Source: Candidatus Eiseniibacteriota bacterium
GTDB taxonomy: Bacteria > Eisenbacteria > RBG-16-71-46 > DASYSL01
Length of the DNA stretch: 10,928 nucleotides
Assembly: GCA_031431875.1 (NCBI GenBank)
Contig: JANPEF010000042.1
Coordinates: forward strand, 1-10,928
Reading direction: 5' to 3'
Shown: piece by piece, positions 1 to 6,998 of the stretch
Layout: every line of letters begins with the position of its first letter
Position numbering within the stretch: the first letter of the stretch is position 1
Position numbers and translations under genes: made by a program
The notes under the pieces: model-generated
Databases searched by the model: none
The model's input: the letters and a program-made list of their open reading frames with translations, nothing else
What the model was told of the DNA's origin: nothing

Positions 1-249
1 TCACTCGTCGCGTTCCTGGATCTGATTCACGCGCGTCAGCGTGCGCATGATCAGCCGGACCCCGGAGCCGAAGCCAAGGATGAGGAACACGAGGAGGAGC
101 CACGGTGCGGTGCCGAAGCGCTTGTCGAGCCACATCCCCGCCAGAGCACAGACGACGGGAGGCACGACGAGGAAGCCCGGGATGGAACTGAGCAACCCGT
201 AGATGCGGACTTGCTTGAACTTCTCTCGATCCGGATCCGGAGTCGCCAC
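1..249 (-). CDS. AtpZ/AtpI family small membrane protein (putative F0F1-ATPase 'gene 1' type), 82 aa
   Basis: Translation GLLSSIPGFLVVPPVVCALAGMWLDKRFGTAPWLLLVFLILGFGSGVRLIMR has two hydrophobic helices around the family's G-x-W-L-D-x-x-F-G-T-x-P-W loop. Start trimmed from the 1..321 ORF to the in-frame GTG at 249-247, which has a GAGG SD at 258-255; stop TGA at 3-1. Confidence 0.88.
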   Translation of the reverse strand: MATPDPDREKFKQVRIYGLLSSIPGFLVVPPVVCALAGMWLDKRFGTAPWLLLVFLILGFGSGVRLIMRTLTRVNQIQERDE

Positions 250-256
250 CGGTACC

Positions 257-274
257 TCGTGAAAACAATCACAA
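257..274. promoter_or_regulatory. Palindromic operator, Rex-like (TTGTGAA-N4-TTCACAA) or CRP/FNR-family-like (TGTGA-N6-TCACA)
   Basis: TCGTGAAAACAATCACAA matches 12 of 14 specified positions of the Rex consensus. It is AT-rich in a GC-rich context, lies downstream of the predicted promoter and overlaps the SD of the atpZ/I-like gene. Confidence 0.6.
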
Positions 275-286
275 GCGGTCGGCGAA

Positions 287-314
287 CGAAGGGGCGACAT
301 TCGCCGCCCCTTCG
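287..314 (-). other. 10-bp perfect stem-loop in the predicted 5' leader of the atpZ/I-like gene
   Basis: CGAAGGGGCG (287-296) is the exact reverse complement of CGCCCCTTCG (305-314), with an 8-nt loop. There is no clean U-tract, so it is not called a terminator. Confidence 0.55.
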
Positions 315-332
315 GGAACACCCTTCGGCGGC

Positions 333-361
333 AATCTACGGAGGGCGGCGGGACGGGTCAA
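333..361 (-). promoter_or_regulatory. Sigma70-type promoter for the atpZ/I-like gene
   Basis: The minus strand reads TTGACC (361-356), a 17-nt spacer, then TAGATT (338-333). Predicted TSS is near 326. Confidence 0.7.
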
Positions 362-421
362 GCGGGAATCCGGATACGCTCTTAACGCATTGCCATTATG
401 GATCTTGTGTCATGATCCGGA

Positions 422-2383
422 TCACTGCCGAACCAACACCACCGGGGCATCGATCGCGCTTGCCGAGGCCTCGTAGAGGGCCCGCACCGCGGGATAGCGG
501 TCCGGCGGCAGCGTTTTCGCCCGGGTCTGCCACTGTCGCGTGAACTCGAGCGTGGTTCCGCTCACCGACCAGCGGGCCTCGAACGAGCCGAAGTCCTCGT
601 CGAGGCGGATCGCTGCGGGGATCTCGTCGACTGCGAAGCCGGGGGGCAGCTCGACGGTGACCGACTCGGAGAGGCTGCGGGCCTTGAGGGCGATCGGCCG
701 GGAGCGGGCTGCGTCGGGCAGGCTGACCGAGCTGCGCGGGGAGACGACGGCGGCGCGGAACAGCATCATGCGACCCTGGACGACGCGGGCGAAGTACGGC
801 GCCTGATAGTCGAGGCGCAGCCGGAAGTCCCCCGTCGAGCTGTCATCGACGACGCTCATGGCGCCGAGTTCGATGCGCTTCCCACCCGCGACCAGCCACT
901 TCTCCAAAGAGGTCCGGTACTCGGCCGGACTCGATCGGCGATACGAGACCCGCTCCGCCGCGGCCGCCTGCCCGGTCGAGTTCTCCACGAGCGCGACCGC
1001 GAGCCCACCCTCGGCATCGAGCGACGCACGGATCGTGCGCACAGTCCGGTTTTGCGCATGCGGCAGCTCGGGCAAGCGAACCAGCCCCCCCGATCGCGAG
1101 TCGACGAGCAGCGCGTACGCGCCCTGTTCCGCGGTGGGCAGGTCCCCGAACGCCGTGTACGGGTCGGTCGGATCGAACGCGATCAATCGCCCCAGCTGCG
1201 GATGATCGAAGCTCGCCGGCACGGCGCTCCCCGCCGGAGCGCTAATGGCGACGATGCAGTGGTTGAACTGCGTCGGCGACGGCCAGCGCGCATCGACGTG
1301 CTCAGGGCCCTCGGACGACACGGCGAGCGGCCATGCGGCGTGCCCGGACGCGGTGAGCAGGGACGCCAGCAGGGTCGCCTTGTCCTTGCAGTCCCCGTAG
1401 CCCATCGCGAGGACCTGCGCGGCGGGATGCGGTCGATAGCCCTCGCCGCGCGCGAGCCCCAGGCTGATCGAGACGTAGTTGAGCTTCTGCACCTCGCGGC
1501 CCAGGACGCGGACTTGCTCCAGCGAATCGGGCGCGGTCCGCACGAGCTCCTCCGCGCGGCGCGTCACCTCGGGCGTGGGATGCGCCTGCGGCGCCATGAG
1601 CCCGTCGAGCCACGTCGCGACGGCGGCCCAATCGGCGAAGTGCGCCTTTCCCGGGCCATCGGCGACGTTGATCGCGATCGCCGCCCGCGCGCGATCCTCC
1701 GGGGGCGCCAGGGATTCCGCCGGAATCCACTCCTCGTCCGCGTACGACCACGACCAGGTGCGCCCGTCCTGCCGGGCCACGAACGGGCGCCCGCGCAGCT
1801 CGACGACCGAAGGCTCCGGGCCCTCGGGCAGCGTGAGCGTGAACCGCGAAAGCAGCACCGGCACGTCCTCGGCGCAGGACCACGACCACTGGTCGAGCAG
1901 TGACTCCTCCTCGATCACCGACTCCCAGGCGTAGATCGCGCCCTCCTCCACGGTCGGCGGATCGAACAGGAGGAGTCTCGCCTCCGAGTACAGCGACCAG
2001 CTTTCGCCGAACGAGCGATCGACGAGCTCCTTCCGGCCGAGGTGGAGCGGCTTCTGGCCGGGACGAAGGATCCAGGCGTGCGTCTGCTTGATCGTGCTCG
2101 TCGACGACCAGTACGCCACGCCGAGCGCGAGCGATTCGCCTCCATCGCGCCGGACGATGCGCACGGCCCGGCGGACCGTCGTCGTGGTGCGCCCCGCGCG
2201 GGGGACGGTGACGAGCGCCTCGTGGTGGAGGACGACCGCCGCGGCCGTGGACCAGGCCGGCGTGGGCCGGGCCGCCGCGGCGGCCAGCCAGGCGGGCAGG
2301 TCGTCGGCACGCACCGGGAGGACCGCCGTCGACAGAGCGGTAGCGATCGTGATGCCCGCGATCGAGCGCATCACCGCGCTCAT
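422..2383 (-). CDS. Secreted DUF3857 + transglutaminase-like domain protein with intact catalytic triad, 653 aa
   Basis: Motifs GYGDCKDKATLL (Cys 1390-1388), QFNHCIVAI (His 1261-1259) and FDPT (Asp 1174-1172). N-terminal signal peptide MSAVMRSIAGITIATALSTAVLPVRA; DUF3857-like AVVL...RRAVRIV region; beta-rich C-terminal domain. Start ATG at 2383 overlaps the upstream TGA (ATGA) and has GGAG just upstream. Confidence 0.88.
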   Translation of the reverse strand: MSAVMRSIAGITIATALSTAVLPVRADDLPAWLAAAAARPTPAWSTAAAVVLHHEALVTVPRAGRTTTTVRRAVRIVRRDGGESLALGVAYWSSTSTIKQTHAWILRPGQKPLHLGRKELVDRSFGESWSLYSEARLLLFDPPTVEEGAIYAWESVIEEESLLDQWSWSCAEDVPVLLSRFTLTLPEGPEPSVVELRGRPFVARQDGRTWSWSYADEEWIPAESLAPPEDRARAAIAINVADGPGKAHFADWAAVATWLDGLMAPQAHPTPEVTRRAEELVRTAPDSLEQVRVLGREVQKLNYVSISLGLARGEGYRPHPAAQVLAMGYGDCKDKATLLASLLTASGHAAWPLAVSSEGPEHVDARWPSPTQFNHCIVAISAPAGSAVPASFDHPQLGRLIAFDPTDPYTAFGDLPTAEQGAYALLVDSRSGGLVRLPELPHAQNRTVRTIRASLDAEGGLAVALVENSTGQAAAAERVSYRRSSPAEYRTSLEKWLVAGGKRIELGAMSVVDDSSTGDFRLRLDYQAPYFARVVQGRMMLFRAAVVSPRSSVSLPDAARSRPIALKARSLSESVTVELPPGFAVDEIPAAIRLDEDFGSFEARWSVSGTTLEFTRQWQTRAKTLPPDRYPAVRALYEASASAIDAPVVLVRQ

Positions 2384-4380
2384 GGCGCTCCATCCCCGCG
2401 CACCAGCGTGATGGCGAGCGCGTCCCGATCGTGGATGCCGTCGAACAGGCGCTTGAGCTGCGGGTACGAGGACGCGGGAAAGAACAGCGAGCCGTTCTGC
2501 CCGAACTCGAGGACGCGCGAGTAATCGAGCTCCGAGCTCGTCGAGCCCGGGCTGAGCGAGGCGCGATATTTCGCGACGCCCGGCGCGTCGACCGGGGCCG
2601 GGGTCTCGAAGCCTTCCACTGTCCACGACTCCGGGAGGCGGAAGCGAATCCAGTCGATCTCCGCCCACGCATGCGTGAAGAAAACGGGGTGACGGCGCGT
2701 GCTCGCCTGGAACCGGGCCGGTCGCCGGGCCTGGAAGACGGCGGGCTCGAGGACGACGCGCCTGCCGGTGAGCGTGGCGAAGCGCGGCACGCGCACGTGA
2801 CAGGTGAGCTGCAGCGGATCGCGCGAATCCTCCCCCCGCTCGAGCACAATCGCGGTCAGCTCGATGCCGGGCAGGCCCCAGTCGATTTCGTGCCGCACGG
2901 CGCTGTCGATCTCCGCCGCGCTCGCCCCCGCGAACTCCGTGCGCCACTCATCGTTCAAGTGGCCGGCCCAGGTCACGGTCACGTCGCCGTCGAGCGAGCC
3001 GTCCGGCAGGAGCGAAAAGTCGCCGCGGCGGCTCACCATCGAGCGATGCGGCGAGGCGACCGGCGTGGTGAGGAAGCGCCCCGAGTCGGGGTCGCACAAC
3101 AACGCCGACTGCGATTCCTCCGACCAACGCAGCATGTCCCGGGGCAGGTACCGGCTCGACGGATCGAAGCACTTCCACGCGCCGTCGACGCGGACGGCGA
3201 CATCGAACGAGTCGAGGAACAGCGGGTCCATCATTTCGCGGTCGAACGGCCAGCGACGGGTCGCCGGGAGGCGCAACAACCGGGTCTCGAGGCCGAGCCC
3301 GCGCAGGAGCGTGGCGAACGAAGTGCAAGCGTCGTACGCCGTACCGCCCCGCTGGCGCAGCGCGGCGCGGCCGTCCTGGGTCTGCTTGAGCCCCGCGGCG
3401 CGGAGCGAGTCGCGGGAGCCCGAGTCGACGACGCGGAATTCGCGCTGGATCCAGTCGGCGATGAGCACGACGCGCGCCGAATCCCCGGTGGCCCCGCCGG
3501 CGATGGTCCGCGCGAGATCCCGTGCGGGGGCGTCGGGCCGCGTCGCGGCGTCGAACGACCTGGACTCGCGCTTCGCGAGGGACTGCCAGAAGGCGGCCGA
3601 AGTCGTGGCCTTCTCCTCGGTGTAGTAGAGCAGCGTCCAGGCCTGTTGATGCAGTTTCGGCGGCGCATCCGGCTCTTCGACGTATGCAGGCAGGTCGAGG
3701 GCCGAAATCTCGTAGTAGCCGCCGACGAGGCCGGCGGACTCCGTCGGGGCGATCCGGTATGAGATCTGCCGCAGGCTCCACCCCTCGAGCGACGGCATCG
3801 TCTCGGTCAGGGGGCGGAGGAAGTACGAGACCCTGCGTCGCGGAATCTCCGACTGGAATGAGAGCACCTGATAGTTCGCGACCTGGTCCTTGAGGTCGGC
3901 GCGGTAGCGGTACTCGATGATCGATCCCGGCGTGACCGCGGGCAGGGCGAACGCGACGCGGCGCACTCCCGTGCCCTTCTGCCGGTAGACGACGTCCTTG
4001 AGCACGGTCTTCCTGTCGAGCTCCACGATCGATCCATCGGGGTGTACCGTCCGTCCCTGGATGCCGGCGAGAGATGCGCCCTTGAGGGGGAGGTCGATCC
4101 GCACCTGGCCCTGCTTCTCGGCGCCGGCCGCGGTGAAGACCTTGATGCGCACGTAGTGATGCTGGAGCTGTGCGAACCCCTTCTCCGTCCACAGGTCCTC
4201 GAGCCACGTGCGCACGAAGATCGCCTCGGCATCGGCGCCCGGGTCGAGTTGTGGGGCGGTCTCGGCGAGTTCTGACGCGGGAATGTCTTCCCACTTGCGA
4301 GCCGGTCCGGCTCCCAGCAGCAGGATTGCGGTGGCGAGCATGGCGAGCGTGCGCGCGGCGGTATCGAACCGACGCCTCAA
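2380..4380 (-). CDS. Secreted DUF3857 + transglutaminase-like fold protein with degenerate triad, 666 aa
   Basis: DUF3857-like motifs HYVRIKVFT, IQGRTVHPDG and FALPAVTPGSIIEYRY. The TG-like core reads RGGTAYDACTSFATLL / FLDSFDVAV / CFDPS. Signal-peptide-like N-terminus; TTG start at 4380 with GAGGGGG SD at 4391-4385. Confidence 0.85.
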   Translation of the reverse strand: MRRRFDTAARTLAMLATAILLLGAGPARKWEDIPASELAETAPQLDPGADAEAIFVRTWLEDLWTEKGFAQLQHHYVRIKVFTAAGAEKQGQVRIDLPLKGASLAGIQGRTVHPDGSIVELDRKTVLKDVVYRQKGTGVRRVAFALPAVTPGSIIEYRYRADLKDQVANYQVLSFQSEIPRRRVSYFLRPLTETMPSLEGWSLRQISYRIAPTESAGLVGGYYEISALDLPAYVEEPDAPPKLHQQAWTLLYYTEEKATTSAAFWQSLAKRESRSFDAATRPDAPARDLARTIAGGATGDSARVVLIADWIQREFRVVDSGSRDSLRAAGLKQTQDGRAALRQRGGTAYDACTSFATLLRGLGLETRLLRLPATRRWPFDREMMDPLFLDSFDVAVRVDGAWKCFDPSSRYLPRDMLRWSEESQSALLCDPDSGRFLTTPVASPHRSMVSRRGDFSLLPDGSLDGDVTVTWAGHLNDEWRTEFAGASAAEIDSAVRHEIDWGLPGIELTAIVLERGEDSRDPLQLTCHVRVPRFATLTGRRVVLEPAVFQARRPARFQASTRRHPVFFTHAWAEIDWIRFRLPESWTVEGFETPAPVDAPGVAKYRASLSPGSTSSELDYSRVLEFGQNGSLFFPASSYPQLKRLFDGIHDRDALAITLVRGDGAP

Positions 4381-4392
4381 TGGCCCCCCTCG

Positions 4393-4415
4393 GAGCCGAA
4401 ACCGGTGTTCGGCTC
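4393..4415 (-). other. 8-bp stem-loop immediately upstream of the SD of the 2380..4380 gene
   Basis: GAGCCGAA (4393-4400) pairs with TTCGGCTC (4408-4415), 7-nt loop. Confidence 0.4.
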
Positions 4416-4463
4416 GACTGGAGATCGTCCGGGTGTTCCATCCCGTGCTGCCTGCGAGCGGGA

Positions 4464-4492
4464 AGCATACTGGTGCCAGGCGGCATCGTCAG
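4464..4492 (-). promoter_or_regulatory. Candidate sigma70-type promoter for the DUF3857 pair
   Basis: The minus strand reads CTGACG (4492-4487), a 17-nt spacer, then TATGCT (4469-4464). Confidence 0.45.
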
Positions 4493-4576
4493 TCTCTTTG
4501 TCGGCCGCGGATCGAGCGGCGTTCGCCGCGGCCTGCGCCGCGCTGCCCCCCGGCGTTCCGGACGGTGCATTCCTGC

Positions 4577-4605
4577 TTGCGACGGGCGGCCGTGCCCCAT
4601 ACCGT
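4577..4605 (+). promoter_or_regulatory. Candidate sigma70-type promoter for the DUF2339 gene
   Basis: TTGCGA (4577-4582), a 17-nt spacer, then TACCGT (4600-4605). A GGGAG SD at 4622-4626 precedes the ATG at 4632. Confidence 0.4.
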
Positions 4606-4631
4606 AGTCTCACCCCTACCCGGGAGCGCCC

Positions 4632-6998
4632 ATGATCGTTCTGCTCCTGATCAACACTCTCCTTCTCTTTGCCATCCTGCTCTTCCTTGCCGAGCTGTCA
4701 CGACGACTCGGCAACCTCGAGGAGTCGGACGCGCGGCAACCGGTCGTCCCCGCGCCGGAGCCCCGGCCCACCTCCGCTCCGCCGCGACCGCTTCCCGAAG
4801 TTCGGCCTTCGCCGCCGCTCGAACCGCCTGCCCCGCCGGCGACGCCGCTCGCGGTTCCGACGCCGCCTCGCATCGCTCCACCCGCGACCATCTCCCGTCC
4901 ATCCATCGCCGCCGTGCCCGCACCCGCACCCGCGCCGGAGCCCGTCGCCGCGGGCCCCGCCTGGTTCAGCGAGGAGAACGTCGGTGGCGCATGGTTGCAG
5001 AACGTCGGCTCGGTCGTCGTCCTGCTGGGCGTGTTCTTCCTCTTCCTGTGGGGCTACACGACCGGGCGCTTCGGCCCGGGCGTCCTCGTTGCGGGCGGTG
5101 TCGCACTCGGCGGCGTGCTCGTGTGGCGTGGCGACCGGACCATCCCCGGGCTGCCTGGCTTCGGGCACGCGCTCGTCGGGATCGGGCTGGGGGTGGCGTA
5201 CCTGTCGCTCTACGCCGGGCACTTCGTGCTCGACGTGTTCGGCATGGCGCCCGCGATCGTGCTGCTCGCCGTCGCCTCGCTCCTTTCGATCGGCGCTGCC
5301 ATGCGCTACCGCGTGCAGCTCATCGGCCTCCTCGGCGTGCTCGGCGCGTTCGTGCCGTGGATTGCGGCCACGTTCACCGGTCGTCCCGCGGAGAACGGAA
5401 GCGACGCGGCGCTCCTCGCCTACCTGTTCGCCATCGACTCGGTCGTCTTCATCCTCGCCGCCCGCGCGGGCTGGAGCACACTCTCGATCACCGCGACGCT
5501 GCTCACCACCACGACGTGGATCATCGCCCGCAGCTTCGAGCCGTGGTCGACCCCCGTCCAGCTCGGCCTGTGCGCGTTGTACCTGGGCCTCGGGCTGGCG
5601 CTCGTGCCCCGCTACATTTCCGGTGCTTCGTCCGGCCGGAGCGCCGACCTGTTCTCGATCGCGCTGACGCCTTACTGCTTCGTCATCGCGTCGCTGCCGT
5701 TCCTGTTCGCGGCGCCGGCAGCGACCAGCGCCTGGATCCTCGGCGGAATGGCCGCCGCGTATGCGGCTTGCGCGATCGTCATCGACCGGCGCCGTCCGCA
5801 GCGCGACCTGTGGTCGCACTTCGTGGTCGCCGCCTCGGCCTTTCTCGCGGCCGCCCTCGAGCGCGCACTCGGCAGCGGGCTCACGCCGATGGCGTGGTGC
5901 GTGCAGGGCGTGACGATGATCGCGCTGGGTCTGTCGCCCGGGGGCGGCGCGCTCCGCACGATGGGCTACCTGCTGGCGACGCTCGGCATCGTGTGCGGAA
6001 TGCCGGCGCTGAACGAGGCTCGCGTCGACGGCTTCCTGCCCGTGTTCACGCCCGCGTCGCTGCGCACGGCGGTGTCGATCGTCGGCCTCCTCCTCGCCGC
6101 CCGCCTGCTCGAGCGCCACCGCGATCGCCTGCTCGAGGGTGAGGCGTCGATCGTGCCCCCCGCGGCGCTCATCGGCGTGCACGCCTGCCTTGCCGTCTGG
6201 CTCGGCATGCACATGGGGCGCATCTCGTGGAGCATCGTTCCCCCCGACGCCGCGCCCGGACTCCGTTCGTCCCTCGGAGGTGCACTCGACGCGCTCGGCT
6301 GGGCGCTCCAGGGCGGCGGGCTGGTGCTCATCGGGCTGCGCGGCAACGCCATGAAACGCGCGCTCGGCTACGTCGTGTGGTCGCTCGCGGCCGTGGCGGC
6401 GATCGCCGCATCCGCCGGCTTCGGCGCATGGACGGCCAGCACGAACTCCCCGTTGCACGCGCTCGCGCTCACGCTCGCCGAGGTGCTCCTGCTCGGCATC
6501 ATCGTCACGGAGCGGGCCGATCGCGCGCGCGCACGACTGTACGAGATGGAGCGACTGCTGCCGCGCCTGGCCGCCTGTGCGCTGCACGCGGGATGGCTGG
6601 CCTGGACGAGCGCGGAGTCCGTCGCGCTCGCCCGCGCGCTGGCGCCCCCGGCCGACGTGGCGATCGTCTCCGCCGGGTTCACCAGCGCCGCGTGGCTCTT
6701 CCAGGCCGTCACCGTGTTCGGCCTCGGCTGGATGCGCCGCTCGGCCTTCCTGCGCTGGCTCGGCATCGCGACCCTGGGGCTCACCCTCGTCAAGTTCCTG
6801 CTCGTCGACCTCGGCCGCGTCGACGGGTTCTGGCGCTTCGTGACCGCAATCGCCGTGGGTTGTGCCCTGCTGGCCATCTCGTACCTCTACCAGCGGCGGC
6901 GGCGGGCCGATGCGAGTGGGCTTGCATCGCCCGCGGCCCCTGCTACGCTCCGCCCCCATGAACACTCCGACGACCGCGCCGACCCGCCCCGTCCCTGA
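4632..6998 (+). CDS. DUF2339 family polytopic membrane protein, 788 aa
   Basis: N-terminal hydrophobic helix and Pro-rich linker, then the family-typical EENVGGAWLQNVGSVVVLLGVFFL...FGP segment. Many TM segments follow, ending in LRWLGIATLGLTLVKFLLVDL...WRFVTAIAVGCALLAISYLYQR. Good SD. Confidence 0.88.
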   Translation: MIVLLLINTLLLFAILLFLAELSRRLGNLEESDARQPVVPAPEPRPTSAPPRPLPEVRPSPPLEPPAPPATPLAVPTPPRIAPPATISRPSIAAVPAPAPAPEPVAAGPAWFSEENVGGAWLQNVGSVVVLLGVFFLFLWGYTTGRFGPGVLVAGGVALGGVLVWRGDRTIPGLPGFGHALVGIGLGVAYLSLYAGHFVLDVFGMAPAIVLLAVASLLSIGAAMRYRVQLIGLLGVLGAFVPWIAATFTGRPAENGSDAALLAYLFAIDSVVFILAARAGWSTLSITATLLTTTTWIIARSFEPWSTPVQLGLCALYLGLGLALVPRYISGASSGRSADLFSIALTPYCFVIASLPFLFAAPAATSAWILGGMAAAYAACAIVIDRRRPQRDLWSHFVVAASAFLAAALERALGSGLTPMAWCVQGVTMIALGLSPGGGALRTMGYLLATLGIVCGMPALNEARVDGFLPVFTPASLRTAVSIVGLLLAARLLERHRDRLLEGEASIVPPAALIGVHACLAVWLGMHMGRISWSIVPPDAAPGLRSSLGGALDALGWALQGGGLVLIGLRGNAMKRALGYVVWSLAAVAAIAASAGFGAWTASTNSPLHALALTLAEVLLLGIIVTERADRARARLYEMERLLPRLAACALHAGWLAWTSAESVALARALAPPADVAIVSAGFTSAAWLFQAVTVFGLGWMRRSAFLRWLGIATLGLTLVKFLLVDLGRVDGFWRFVTAIAVGCALLAISYLYQRRRRADASGLASPAAPATLRPHEHSDDRADPPRP
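6922..6960 (+). promoter_or_regulatory. Candidate internal promoter giving a leaderless or near-leaderless mRNA
   Basis: TTGCAT (6922-6927), a 16-nt spacer, extended -10 TG-c-TACGCT (6941-6949), then 8 nt to the ATG at 6958. No SD-like purine run precedes this ATG. Confidence 0.55.

Noticed and set aside
228..241. GATCCG tandem repeat
   Set aside because: Only about 2.3 copies, explained by the PDPD coding sequence.
287..314. Hairpin as an intrinsic terminator for the transglutaminase-like genes
   Set aside because: It has no U-tract and lies downstream of a good promoter, inside the predicted leader.
2384..2947. 188-codon N-terminal extension of the 422..2947 ORF
   Set aside because: It overlaps the upstream real gene in another frame and is Arg/Pro-rich nonsense. 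The signal peptide and ATGA overlap mark 2383 as the start.
1302..4600. Long alternative ORFs 1302..2849 (-), 2948..4600 (-) and 2431..3762 (+)
   Set aside because: Frame-shifted or antisense shadows of the DUF3857 genes, with Arg/Gly/Pro-biased composition.
4377..4635. Small ORFs 4377..4613 (-) and 4405..4635 (+), or a tRNA/ncRNA, in the divergent gap
   Set aside because: Both ORFs touch the neighbouring genes with 4-nt overlaps, but they lack clear SD or family motifs and cover the predicted promoters. No cloverleaf or known RNA motif was seen. A small peptide cannot be fully excluded.
4738..4960. Repetitive C-rich stretch as a possible repeat array or CRISPR
   Set aside because: It encodes the Pro/Ala-rich linker of DUF2339. 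No regularly spaced identical repeats are present.
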